From: Acidobacteriota bacterium
GTDB lineage: Bacteria; Acidobacteriota; Thermoanaerobaculia; Thermoanaerobaculales; Thermoanaerobaculaceae
Length of the DNA stretch: 33,191 nt
Reading direction: 5' to 3'
NCBI GenBank assembly: GCA_043807175.1
Contig: JAZDGE010000131.1
Coordinates: forward strand, 1 to 33,191
Position 1 is the stretch's first letter; each line of letters begins with the position of its first letter. The position numbers and the translations under genes are program-made. Positions 1-8,489 of this stretch are shown here, one piece after another. The notes beneath the pieces are model-generated. The model saw only the letters and a program-made list of their open reading frames with translations. It made no database searches and was not told the origin of the DNA.

Positions 1-165
1 GAAAGGCGAAAGTAGGAAGAAGAAGGAAGAACGCAGAGGCAGGCGAAAGGCGAAAGCAGGCAAAAGGCAAGAGGCGAAAGGCGAAAGTAGGAAAAAGGCA
101 AAGGCGAAAGGCGAAAGCTGGAAAAAGGCGAAAGGCAAAAGCTGGAAAGAGGTGGGAGGCGGGAG
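1..165. repeat. Degenerate heptanucleotide array (words AGGCGAA/AGGCAAA, about 20 units) ending in the G-run box GGTGGGAGGCGGGAG; cut by the window edge
   Basis: Read directly: 7-nt phase holds from base 1 to ~150 (aggcgaa aggcgaa agcaggc aaaaggc ...), purine-rich on the + strand. The same word recurs at 8226-8320 and 10613-10700. Confidence 0.85.
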
Positions 166-235
166 TTGGCAGGGAAAGGCTGGAGCGGGAGGCGGCGTGC
201 AGCGGGCGGGCATGGCTGGTGGTAGATTAGGTGCT

Positions 236-1300
236 ATGCGGAAAACCCACGCAGTCGCCGCCCTCATGTTGCTGATTACCTCGCTCGCCGCCTGTGGGAG
301 GAAAGGGCCACCCCTGCCGCCGATTATCGAGGTGCCCGAGACCTCAGTGATCATGGGGCCGCGCCAGGAGGAGCAGGAGGTCGTGCTCTCCTGGAAGTTC
401 CCGGCGCTCACTCGCAGTGGCCGGATGCTCACGGACCTCGCGCGGGTGGAGGTCTGGCGGCTGGAGGTACCTCCCGGGCAGGATCTCGCGATCAGCGGTC
501 CCACCGCCGAGGAGCTGCGCCGGCAACTGATGCTCTCGCGCGGCGTACTGGTCGAGCGGATGGAGGGCGAGGGCCTGCGCCTTGCCACCCGGGGCGGCCA
601 GCTCGAGCACCGCGAGCCGGTAACTCCAGGGGCGGAGGGCTCGACTCCGCCACTATTCTGGTACGCAGTGCGCTCGCTACGCCGGGACGGCACGGCCTCG
701 GCGCTGTCCAATATCGTGACCTGGCAGGCGCAGCCAGTACCGCCGGGGGTCGAAGGCTTTGCGGCACGGGTGCAAAAGGACGGCATCGCGCTGACCTGGG
801 AGCCGGTCCCCGGCGCCCGCTACCTCATCGAGCGGCGTGAGGCGGGAGGAAGATGGGAGGAGGGCCGGTCGAAGCTCGAGGAGAAGGAAGGCCTGCTCGA
901 CCCGACCGCCCGCCAGGGGAAGACCTGGCGCTACCGCGTGCGCGCGGTGGTCAAGCCGACTGCCGGTCTCACCGGGAACATCGGCGGGCCGCCGACCGAG
1001 GAGCTGGAGGTCGCCTACCCCGACATCTACGCACCGCCGGCCCCGGCGTCGTTCATTTGCCTCCCGGAGCCCGACATGGTGCGGTTGCGCTGGGATCCCT
1101 CGCCGGAGGCGAACGTGACCTACAAGGTCTTTCGCCGGCAGGGTGGGGACAAGTGGCAGCATGTTGAGGAGAAGACCACCAATACCGAGTACGCGGACAT
1201 GAGCCCGCTCGACGGGGAAGCCGAGTACGCGGTGAAGGCGGTTGACGAGGCGGGCAACCAATCCGAGGCGCTCTACTGCACGGTCAGGATCACCGACTAG
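236..1300 (+). CDS. Lipoprotein with an LptM/YifL-like lipobox segment followed by Fn3-like modules
   Basis: ORF 152..1300 trimmed to ATG 236. MRKTHAVAALMLLITSLAAC has a basic n-region, hydrophobic core and lipobox LAAC. The mature N-terminus CGRKGPPLPP resembles the CGxKGPL motif of small LptM-type lipoproteins. The rest shows Fn3-like signatures (LTWEPVPGARYLIERR...WRYRVRAV; LRWDPSPEANVTYKVFRR...EYAVKAVDEAGN). It lies directly upstream of dapF. Confidence 0.75.
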   Translation: MRKTHAVAALMLLITSLAACGRKGPPLPPIIEVPETSVIMGPRQEEQEVVLSWKFPALTRSGRMLTDLARVEVWRLEVPPGQDLAISGPTAEELRRQLMLSRGVLVERMEGEGLRLATRGGQLEHREPVTPGAEGSTPPLFWYAVRSLRRDGTASALSNIVTWQAQPVPPGVEGFAARVQKDGIALTWEPVPGARYLIERREAGGRWEEGRSKLEEKEGLLDPTARQGKTWRYRVRAVVKPTAGLTGNIGGPPTEELEVAYPDIYAPPAPASFICLPEPDMVRLRWDPSPEANVTYKVFRRQGGDKWQHVEEKTTNTEYADMSPLDGEAEYAVKAVDEAGNQSEALYCTVRITD

Positions 1301-1356
1301 GACGCCTTTCTGATGTGGCGCCCCGCGAACCCAGAAGGTCTTCCGCCGGCGTCCCC

Positions 1357-1534
1357 GGGCGGGGGCCGGGTGGGTGGGTCTGCTGGGTGGGGGGCGGGGG
1401 AAACTGCCGCCTGTCGCCTGTCGTCTGCTTCCTGCTCCAAACCTGAGCCAGCGGGTGGTGGACGGGCGGGTGGGTTCGCTGGGTGGGGGCCGGGGGAAAC
1501 TGTCGCCTGTCGCCTGTTGCCTGCTTCCTGCTCC
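1357..1534 (+). repeat. Tandem duplication (about 96-nt period) of a G-rich core plus CTGTCGC-type heptamer tail
   Basis: Copy A 1357-1438 and copy B ~1452-1534 share GGGCGGGTGGGT..CTGGGTGGGG..GGGGGAAACTG(C/T)CGCCTGTCGCCTG..CTGCTTCCTGCTCC. AAACTG sits at 1401 and 1497. Confidence 0.9.
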
Positions 1535-2428
1535 AAGCTTCACGGGGCGGGCAACGACTTCCTCCTTTTCGACGGAAGCGAGCGCGAGGAGCTGGCCGAC
1601 CTCCTGCCACCGCTGGTTGAGCGTCTCTGCCACCGGCGGCTCGGCCTGGGGGCGGACGGCGTGCTGCTCCTGGATCCGTTACCGGAGAGCCGCGCCCGCC
1701 TCGTCTACTGGAACGCCGACGGCTCCCGGGCCGTCTTCTGTGCCAACGGAACTCGTTGCGCCGCCCGCTTCGTCGCGGCGCGCTGGGGTTGGCCCGCGGT
1801 GACCCTGCTGACCGACCACGCAGAGATCCTGGCCGAGGTCGGCGGGAGCGAGGTGACACTGCACCTGCCGCCGCCAGCGCTGGTCGAGCCCTGGCGCGAG
1901 CTTGCCGTCGAAGCCCAGGTGATTCGCGCTCGCTACCTGATCGTCGGCGTGCCCCATCTCGTCGTCCCGGTCGACTGGCCCGATTTCTGGCGGCGGCCGC
2001 TGGCGCCGCTGGCGCCGGCGTTGCGCGCCCACCCGGCGCTGCCGGCGGGAGGCGCCAATGTCAGCTTCGTGCAGGTCGCACAAGGCGAGCTGGCGGTGCG
2101 CTCATGGGAACGCGGGGTGGAAGGGGAGACGCTCTCCTGTGGCTCGGGCGATGTCGCGGCCGCCCTCGTCGCTCTCGCCGAGGGCTGGGCGAGCGGCCGG
2201 GTCAGCGTGCTCACCGCCTCCAGCCGGCGGTTGTTGGTGACACCCGAAGCCGTGGCGCCCATCTGCCCGGTGCGCCTCACCGGCCCGGCGGAATGGGTGG
2301 GCGACATCAGCGTCGCCCCCGAGCTACTTGCCGGCCCGCCGGCGAGCGCCAGCGCAGTCGGCAGCCCGGGCGCGCCTCCGGCAGACCCTCTCTCGACCGT
2401 CGATCGGGGCAGGATCCCAGACGAATGA
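1517..2428 (+). CDS. dapF: Diaminopimelate epimerase
   Basis: KLHGAGNDFLLFD N-terminal motif with first catalytic Cys context (VFCANGTRC) and second (ETLSCGSGDVAAA). The 5' part of ORF 1313..2428 is read-through of the repeat. There is no ATG/GTG near the conserved N-terminus, so TTG 1517 (or CTG 1514) is the nearest plausible start. The start is uncertain. Confidence 0.85.
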   Translation: MPASCSKLHGAGNDFLLFDGSEREELADLLPPLVERLCHRRLGLGADGVLLLDPLPESRARLVYWNADGSRAVFCANGTRCAARFVAARWGWPAVTLLTDHAEILAEVGGSEVTLHLPPPALVEPWRELAVEAQVIRARYLIVGVPHLVVPVDWPDFWRRPLAPLAPALRAHPALPAGGANVSFVQVAQGELAVRSWERGVEGETLSCGSGDVAAALVALAEGWASGRVSVLTASSRRLLVTPEAVAPICPVRLTGPAEWVGDISVAPELLAGPPASASAVGSPGAPPADPLSTVDRGRIPDE

Positions 2429-2456
2429 GCCCGGTTCCTGAAGGTCATGAACTCGA

Positions 2457-2496
2457 TGGGGGGCGGGGGAAAATCTCGACTCGCGACTGTCAACTC
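2457..2496 (+). repeat. Partial copy of the G-rich core plus TCGAC/TGTCAAC heptamers
   Basis: GGGGGGGCGGGGGAAAATCTCGACTCGCGACTGTCAACTC matches the 3' half of the core at 20589-20659. Confidence 0.7.
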
Positions 2497-2501
2497 ATGG
2501 A

Positions 2502-3287
2502 ATGGCGATGAGCTGGCTGCGAGAGGAGAGCATGCGTGTCCTCCTGGCGCTGCTCGCGTTCGTGATCGCCGCCTTGCCGGAGCGGGTGAAGCAGCAGCCC
2601 CCCTTCGAAGGGTACTCGACGGTGTCGATGCACGTCCTGTCAGGCATCGCCGAGATCATCATCTGCGCCGGCCTGTTCATCGTCGGGATGATCGCGTATG
2701 TCACCGAGTTCACCTCGGGGGCGGGCTGGGCCGCCTTTCTCAGCATTCCACGTCCGGACACCGGGCATCTTTTCGGTATCGGCGTCCTCGGCTATGTGAG
2801 CTACCTCTTTCGCCCGACCTCGCTGCTGCTCGTCTACTGCTTCGCCGAGGGCATCGCGCGCACCCTTGACGCCGCGCTCTGGGAGCGGCAGCTCGGCGTG
2901 GGCCTCGTCGCCGTCCCCTGGCGCGCCGTCGAGACGTTCCAGCGGCGCGCCCGGCGGGCCGAGCGGGCGCTGAGGCTGGGACCAGCGCGGCCGGACGAAA
3001 TCATCTTTCCGCCGCAATCACGCTCGGGGCTACTGGAGATTTTCAGCGTCGAGGACAAGCCCTGGTCCGACTTCCAGGTGATCGAGCTCGGGGGCGAGTT
3101 CTACCAGCTCGCCACCCGGCGCTTCCTGCGCCACGGCAAGCACCACGCCTATCGCTACCAACTTCACCCGTTGGAGGCGCGCGAGGTGATCCGCGGCGCG
3201 ATCGTCAAGCTCGCCGCGCCACCACCGAGCGGCGCCAGCGGCGATGAAGAGGCGGGGCGACCCAACTCCATAATCAGGTCTCGATGA
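2502..3287 (+). CDS. Hypothetical integral membrane protein
   Basis: ORF with hydrophobic segments (VLLALLAFVIAAL; IIICAGLFIVGMIAYV; LFGIGVLGYVSYLF) and a soluble C-terminal half. No family recognised. The start could be ATG 2502, 2508 or 2532. Its stop overlaps the next ATG (ATGA). Confidence 0.6.
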   Translation: MAMSWLREESMRVLLALLAFVIAALPERVKQQPPFEGYSTVSMHVLSGIAEIIICAGLFIVGMIAYVTEFTSGAGWAAFLSIPRPDTGHLFGIGVLGYVSYLFRPTSLLLVYCFAEGIARTLDAALWERQLGVGLVAVPWRAVETFQRRARRAERALRLGPARPDEIIFPPQSRSGLLEIFSVEDKPWSDFQVIELGGEFYQLATRRFLRHGKHHAYRYQLHPLEAREVIRGAIVKLAAPPPSGASGDEEAGRPNSIIRSR

Positions 3288-3733
3288 GGCAGATCGCGGA
3301 GTGCTTCGACCTTCGGCTGGTGTTGGAAGCACATGCCGCGGAGCTCGCGGCCGAGCGCGCCACCGCGGCGGACCTGGGACGCCTGCGCTCGCGGGCGGCG
3401 GTGGAGTACACCTACCACGACTGGGAGTCGTACGCCACCTTTCTGGACGCCAATCTTGCCTTCCATCTCGAGCTCGCCACCCTCTCGGGCAACCGCCGGC
3501 TGGCGAGCACCCTGCGCGACTTGCTCTCGTCCATGCAGCGCTTTTTCTTCCTCGGGCTGGACCTCGGGGACTATGGCGCCGAGATGCGCTCGGAGCATGA
3601 ACGGCTGGTCGCGGCGCTCGCGCGGCGCGATGCCGGAGCCGCGGTTGAATCCATTCGCAGTCAGATTGGCCGGTCACGGGACCGCATCATGCGCGCCCTC
3701 ATCGAGGGGCGCATCGAAATTCCCCTGGACTGA
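3284..3733 (+). CDS. Stand-alone FCD (FadR C-terminal, GntR-family ligand-binding) domain protein lacking the winged-HTH
   Basis: ECFDLRLVLEAHAAELAAERAT...FHLELATLSGNRRL...EHERLVAALARRDAGAAVESIRSQI is a typical all-helical FCD pattern. Only 149 aa, and no HTH in any upstream frame. Confidence 0.7.
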   Translation: MRQIAECFDLRLVLEAHAAELAAERATAADLGRLRSRAAVEYTYHDWESYATFLDANLAFHLELATLSGNRRLASTLRDLLSSMQRFFFLGLDLGDYGAEMRSEHERLVAALARRDAGAAVESIRSQIGRSRDRIMRALIEGRIEIPLD

Positions 3734-3741
3734 GGTGCCCA

Positions 3742-4938
3742 ATGAGCCGCTTCGTCTATCTCGACAATGCCGCCACAACCTTTCCCAAGCCGGTTGAGGT
3801 GATCCAATTCATGTGCGAGTTCTACGCCGAGAAGGGGGTAAACCCGGGCCGGACCGGCTTCGACCTCGCGCTCGAGGCCGAGGCCATCCTGGCCGGTGCG
3901 AGGCAGGCGCTGTGCGAGTTCTTCGGCGGCGCCGACCGTAACCGTCTGGTGTTCTCACTCAATGTCACCGATGCCCGTAACCTCCTCATCGGCAGTGTGC
4001 TGGCTCCGGGCGACCACGCCATCACCACCTGCCTCGAGCACAACTCGGTGCTGCGCCCCATGCACGCCTGGTCTGGGCGCGGGGTTGAGGTCGACTGGGT
4101 GCCCTTCGACGAGCACGGGTACATCGATCCCGCCAACATCGCGCGGCGTATCCGGCCGCACACCAGGCTCGTGGTCATGAATCATGGGTCGAACGTGATC
4201 GGCACGATCCAGCCGGTCGCCGAGATCGGGCGGATCTGCCGCGAACGCGGCGTGCTGTATGCCGTCGACGCCGCCCAGACCGCTGGCCTGGTCGAGATCG
4301 ATGTGGTGGCAATGAATATCGACGTGCTCTGCTTCACCGGCCACAAGTCGCTGTTCGGTCCGACCGGCACGGGGGGCATGTACGTCGGCAAGCATGTCGA
4401 CATCCGGCCCTGCCGCTCAGGCGGCACGGGAGTCAAGAGCGCCCTTCGCACCCAACCCGAGGAGTATCCCTGGCACCTGGAGTTCGGCACCCTCAACACG
4501 ATGGGCATCGCCGGGCTGCTCGCGGCGCAGCGCTTCATCGCCGCACGCGGAGGTGTGCCCGCGATCTACGCGCATGAGATGGCCCATACTCACCGCCTGC
4601 GGGAGGGCCTCGCCGCGATCGAAGGTGTCACCCTTTACTGTGCCAACCTCGACCGCGAGCATCTGCCGGTGCTCCTCTTCAACGTCGCCGGCCTCACTGC
4701 CGAGATCGTCGGCCAGCTTCTCGATGTCGAGCACGAGGTCATCACCCGCACCGGCCTGCACTGCGCCCCCCTGGTCCACGAGGGTATCGGCACCGCCGAG
4801 ATCGGCGGCGCGGTTCGCTATTCACCCGGCCTCTTCACCACCGCCGAGGACGTCGAGCGTGCCATTGCCGCCGTCGCCGACATCGCCGAGTACGCCCGCA
4901 AACGTGGCGCCGGACAAGGCCTCGCCGGGGCGGGCTAG
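3742..4938 (+). CDS. Class-V aminotransferase-fold PLP enzyme, cysteine desulfurase family
   Basis: VYLDNAATTFP N-terminus, PLP-lysine context FTGHKSLFGPTGTGGMYV, and C-terminal active-site Cys context RTGLHCAP. GAGGTG lies upstream of the ATG. Confidence 0.85.
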   Translation: MSRFVYLDNAATTFPKPVEVIQFMCEFYAEKGVNPGRTGFDLALEAEAILAGARQALCEFFGGADRNRLVFSLNVTDARNLLIGSVLAPGDHAITTCLEHNSVLRPMHAWSGRGVEVDWVPFDEHGYIDPANIARRIRPHTRLVVMNHGSNVIGTIQPVAEIGRICRERGVLYAVDAAQTAGLVEIDVVAMNIDVLCFTGHKSLFGPTGTGGMYVGKHVDIRPCRSGGTGVKSALRTQPEEYPWHLEFGTLNTMGIAGLLAAQRFIAARGGVPAIYAHEMAHTHRLREGLAAIEGVTLYCANLDREHLPVLLFNVAGLTAEIVGQLLDVEHEVITRTGLHCAPLVHEGIGTAEIGGAVRYSPGLFTTAEDVERAIAAVADIAEYARKRGAGQGLAGAG

Positions 4939-5102
4939 CCCAGGTCGAGATCCAGGGGTTGCAGCGAGCTTGAGAAAGCGCCCATGCCATCTCCCCTACC
5001 CATCCACAGGCTTGTTCAAAGGAGCGAAGTCCTTTCACGCCGCAGGGCCTCACCAACCGCGCAGCAGGTCGTTGCCCTGGGCGGCGAGGGAAGCGGCTGA
5101 AC

Positions 5103-5468
5103 CTAGAACAGCACCCGTTCGATCTTGTGGGTGACATCCCAGTGGTAGGTGTAGAAGGGGAACTCGATCAGCACCCGGTAGGCAACGTCGATCTTGATCT
5201 GGGTGGAGTCCCGCGTCACCTTGACCGCCTCCGCGCTTACCGGCAGCTTGAGCTGCTGGGCCTTGAACAGGATTGCGTTGGTGATCGCCTCGTTGGTGTT
5301 GCGGGCATTGGATGCGCCCTCGGCCTGGTGCTCGCAGAAATCATTGAGCTCCGCCACCGCGATCTTGGGGGGCACGGCCTTGACGCCGATCACGACCACC
5401 GCTGCCAGGACGAGAACGCCGAAGATGCAACCCAGGCTCCCTGCTCCCTGCTCGCGTCTGCTCAACAT
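5103..5468 (-). CDS. Small membrane-anchored protein (possibly DUF4845-like), downstream of lepB
   Basis: AGGAGG sits 5 nt before ATG 5468. There is a single N-terminal TM helix (LGCIFGVLVLAAVVVIGV). It is 15 nt after the lepB stop on the same strand. The family call is tentative. Confidence 0.65.
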   Translation of the reverse strand: MLSRREQGAGSLGCIFGVLVLAAVVVIGVKAVPPKIAVAELNDFCEHQAEGASNARNTNEAITNAILFKAQQLKLPVSAEAVKVTRDSTQIKIDVAYRVLIEFPFYTYHWDVTHKIERVLF

Positions 5469-5483
5469 GATTGCCTCCTGATA

Positions 5484-6179
5484 TCAGCGAACCAGCGAAA
5501 ACGACCGCTCCCAGCGCGTACGAGTGAGGAAGTGAAGGGCGACCGAGGCGAGCTGCCGCACGCGATCGAACCAGCCCCGCCATTCGTGCGTGTTGGGAGG
5601 AGAATCATAGGACCAGTAGATGAACAGTGCTCGGCCTTTGAGATAGCTTTGCGGCGCCGCGCCCCAGAAGCGTGAGTCATAGGAGTTGTCGCGGTTGTCG
5701 CCCATGCAAAACACCGACTGATCCGGCACCCGGACCGGACCGAGGTTGTCACGATTGCGCAGCGAGGGCGGGAGGAGCGGCGAGTCGGGATAGACCTGCG
5801 CGTCCTTGTGCGCCCGCCGCGGATTGACCTCGGGCGCACCGTTGACGGAGACCGCTTTGCCGCGCACCTCGAGAACGTCGCCGCCCACCGCCACGGCGCG
5901 CTTGATGAAGTCACGCTGCGGATCCTGCGGGTACTTGAAGACCACCACATCGCCGCGGCGCACCTCACGGTACGGCAACATGTGATGTATCGGCGTGCTC
6001 CAGTGGGGGGCGTAGATGAACTTGTTGACGAAGAGATGATCGCCGATCAGGAGGTTGTCCTCCATCGATCCGGTGGGGATCTTGAAGGCCTGGGCCACGA
6101 ACGTGCGGGCGAAAAGCGTGAAGATCACCGCCACCAGGATGGCCTCGTAGTACTCGCGGAACCAGTGACCCTTGCTCAT
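5484..6179 (-). CDS. lepB: Signal peptidase I
   Basis: Catalytic Ser box IPTGSMEDNLLIGD, Lys box FIKRAVAVGGD, and GDNRDNSYDSRFWG box. GGAGGG lies 5 nt before the ATG. Confidence 0.93.
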   Translation of the reverse strand: MSKGHWFREYYEAILVAVIFTLFARTFVAQAFKIPTGSMEDNLLIGDHLFVNKFIYAPHWSTPIHHMLPYREVRRGDVVVFKYPQDPQRDFIKRAVAVGGDVLEVRGKAVSVNGAPEVNPRRAHKDAQVYPDSPLLPPSLRNRDNLGPVRVPDQSVFCMGDNRDNSYDSRFWGAAPQSYLKGRALFIYWSYDSPPNTHEWRGWFDRVRQLASVALHFLTRTRWERSFSLVR

Positions 6180-6185
6180 GAATGC

Positions 6186-6335
6186 CCTCCGCCCGCCCGC
6201 CCGGCTATCAGCTTTCGGCCTTCGGCTCTTGGCGATCAGCTCTCAGCTCCCCCACCCATCCTGGCCGTAACGCGTTGCTGAAGGCTGATAGCTGACGGCT
6301 GATAGCTGATAGCTTTCCGCCGCCCGCTATCGGCC
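6186..6335. repeat. C-run box (G-run on the minus strand) plus heptamer arrays (GCTGATA/GCTTTCG words)
   Basis: gcccgcccgcccgg, then gctatca gctttcg gccttcg gctcttg..., a cccccaccca box, then gctgata gctgacg gctgata gctgata. Fills the lepA-lepB spacer. Confidence 0.85.
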
Positions 6336-6368
6336 GCCGTCCTGCATCTTATCGCAGCGGCGGTGCGC

Positions 6369-8168
6369 TTACGTCTCGATCCTGAGGACGGCGAGAAACG
6401 CCTCCTGGGGGATGTCGACACGCCCCACCCGCTTGAGCCGCTTCTTGCCCGCCTTCTGCTTCTCCAACAGCTTGCGCTTGCGGGTGATGTCGCCGCCGTA
6501 GCACTTCGCCAGCACGTTTTTGCGCAGCGCCTTGACGCTCTCCCGTGCGATCACCCGGCTGCCGATTGCGGCCTGGATCGCCACCTCGAACAGTTGTCGC
6601 GGGATCATCTCGCGCAACTTGGCGGTGAGCGCACGGGCGCGGGCATAGGCGGCCGAGCGGTGAACGATCGTCGCCAGCGAGTCGATCGGCTCCTCGTTGA
6701 CGAGAAAGTCCAGGCGCACAAGATCGCCCTCCCGGTAGCCGGTGACCTGGTAGTCGAAGGAGGCGTAGCCGCGCGAGACCGACTTGAGCTTGTCGTAGAA
6801 GTCGAGCACCACCTCGGCGAGGGGCAAGCGGTACTCGAGCAGGATGCGCCCGCCGCCGAGATACTCGAGCTTGACCTGCTCGCCGCGCCGCCCTTCGAGC
6901 AGCCGCAGCAGGTTGCCAAGATAGCTCTCGGGGGTGATCACGGTGGCGAGGATGATCGGCTCCTCGATCGCCACCAGCAGGCCGGGATCGGGCAGTTGAG
7001 AAGGGTTTTCGACCTCCAGCACCTCGCCGCGGGTGGTCAGCACGCGGTAGGCGACCGAGGGCGCGGTGGTGATCAGCTCGAGGCCGAACTCGCGCTCCAG
7101 CCGCTCCTGCACGATTTCCATGTGGAGCAGGCCGAGAAAGCCGCAGCGAAAGCCAAAGCCGAGCGCCTGAGAGGTGTCGGGCGTGAAAGAAAACGCCGAG
7201 TCGTTGAGGGAGAGCCTGTCGAGCGCGTCGCGCAGCGCGCCGTAGGTGCTCGTTTCCACCGGGTAGAGGCCGGCGAAGACCAGCGGCTTGGCGTCGCGAA
7301 AACCGGCCAGCGGCGCGGCGGCGGGCGCGGCCGCATCGGTGATGGTCTCGCCCACGCGCACCAGCCGCAGCTCTTTGACGGCGGCGAAGACGAAGCCGAC
7401 CTCGCCCGCGCCCAGGCGCTCGACTGCGACCGGGTGAGGGGTGAGGATGCCCAGGGCTTCCACCGCGACCTCACGGCCGCTGGCCATGAAGCGAACCTTC
7501 TGCCCAACCTGGAGACGGCCGTCCACCACCCGCACCAGGCAACGCACGCCTCGGTAGGCATCGTACGAGGCGTCGAACACGAGGGCGCGCAGCGGCGCCT
7601 CGGTGTCGCCGTCGGGTGGCGGCGTCTTGCGGATCACGGCCTCGAGCACCTCGTCCACACCGCTGCCAGTCTTCGCCGAGATCGCCAGCGAGCCCGCCGC
7701 ATCGAGACCGAGGATGTGCTCGATTTGCTCCCTGACGTCCTCGGCATGGGCCTGGGGGAGATCGATCTTGTTGAGAACGGGTATCAACTCAAGCCCCTGC
7801 TCGGCCGCCAGATAGGCGTTGGCCACGGTCTGGGCCTCGACGCCCTGCGAGGCATCCACCACCAGCAGCGCTCCTTCGCAGGCGGCGAGCGAGCGCGACA
7901 CCTCATAGGAGAAATCGACATGCCCGGGGGTGTCGATGAAGTTCAGGGTGTACTCCTGGCCGTCCTGCGCGAGGTGGTGCAGGGTGACGGTGTGGGCCTT
8001 GATGGTGATGCCCCGCTCGCGCTCGAGGTCCATCGAGTCGAGCACCTGCTCGGTCATCTCGCGGGCGGAGAGCGCGCCGGTACGCTCGAGCAGACGGTCG
8101 GCGAGCGTCGACTTGCCATGGTCGATATGGGCAATGATGCAGAAGTTCCTGATGTACCGCTGATCCAC
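6369..8168 (-). CDS. lepA: Translation elongation factor 4
   Basis: [37 protein letters not shown] GTPase motifs and a full-length LepA-like C-terminus. The ORF opens at GTG 8174, but GAAGGAG lies 5 nt before the second GTG (8168), which is the preferred start. Confidence 0.95.
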   Translation of the reverse strand: MDQRYIRNFCIIAHIDHGKSTLADRLLERTGALSAREMTEQVLDSMDLERERGITIKAHTVTLHHLAQDGQEYTLNFIDTPGHVDFSYEVSRSLAACEGALLVVDASQGVEAQTVANAYLAAEQGLELIPVLNKIDLPQAHAEDVREQIEHILGLDAAGSLAISAKTGSGVDEVLEAVIRKTPPPDGDTEAPLRALVFDASYDAYRGVRCLVRVVDGRLQVGQKVRFMASGREVAVEALGILTPHPVAVERLGAGEVGFVFAAVKELRLVRVGETITDAAAPAAAPLAGFRDAKPLVFAGLYPVETSTYGALRDALDRLSLNDSAFSFTPDTSQALGFGFRCGFLGLLHMEIVQERLEREFGLELITTAPSVAYRVLTTRGEVLEVENPSQLPDPGLLVAIEEPIILATVITPESYLGNLLRLLEGRRGEQVKLEYLGGGRILLEYRLPLAEVVLDFYDKLKSVSRGYASFDYQVTGYREGDLVRLDFLVNEEPIDSLATIVHRSAAYARARALTAKLREMIPRQLFEVAIQAAIGSRVIARESVKALRKNVLAKCYGGDITRKRKLLEKQKAGKKRLKRVGRVDIPQEAFLAVLRIET

Positions 8169-8225
8169 TGACACTCCTTCGAAAGGCGCAATGCGTGCGC
8201 GAAGCTGCGATTCTAGCAGAACTTA

Positions 8226-8489
8226 AGGCAGGCGAAAGGCAAGAGAAGGCAACAGGCAACAGGTGACAGGCGAAAGGAAGAAGGCAGGAGGCGAAGAGCG
8301 AAAGGCAAGAAGCCGAGGGCAGATAGCCGACGGAACACCCACCCGCCCGGTCGAGAGTCGAGAACCCCACTCTGCTGGGGAGGTTGAGGGCGGCCAGCCT
8401 GCCTCTTGGGTGGGCGGGTCCGACAACCGACAACCAGCAACCAGCCAGGGCGGGTGGTGGCCCGGACCCCGGACCCCGGTCCCCGGCCT
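8226..8489. repeat. Composite intergenic repeat: GGCGAAA-type array, C-run/G-run boxes, CGACAAC and CGGACCC heptamer arrays
   Basis: aggcgaa aggcaag ... (8226-8320); cacccacccgcccgg (8337-8351); cttgggtgggcgggtc; cgacaac cgacaac cagcaac cagccag; gggcgggtggtgg; cggaccc cggaccc cggtccc. Runs up to the tsaD stop codon. Confidence 0.85.

Noticed and set aside
152-235. Upstream ORF-track starts at 152, 1313, 10768, 18072 and 20563 that give Gly/Trp/Cys/Phe-rich N-terminal extensions
   Set aside because: The extensions are translations of heptamer arrays or G-boxes. Conserved N-termini, signal peptides or RBS sites support the internal starts. Only for dapF does the start remain unresolved.
6363-8171. 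602-aa ORF on the + strand exactly mirroring lepA
   Set aside because: Antisense shadow ORF typical of GC3-rich genes. Its composition is dominated by V/G/E/L/R/H/D with no recognisable motifs, whereas the minus strand encodes an unmistakable LepA.
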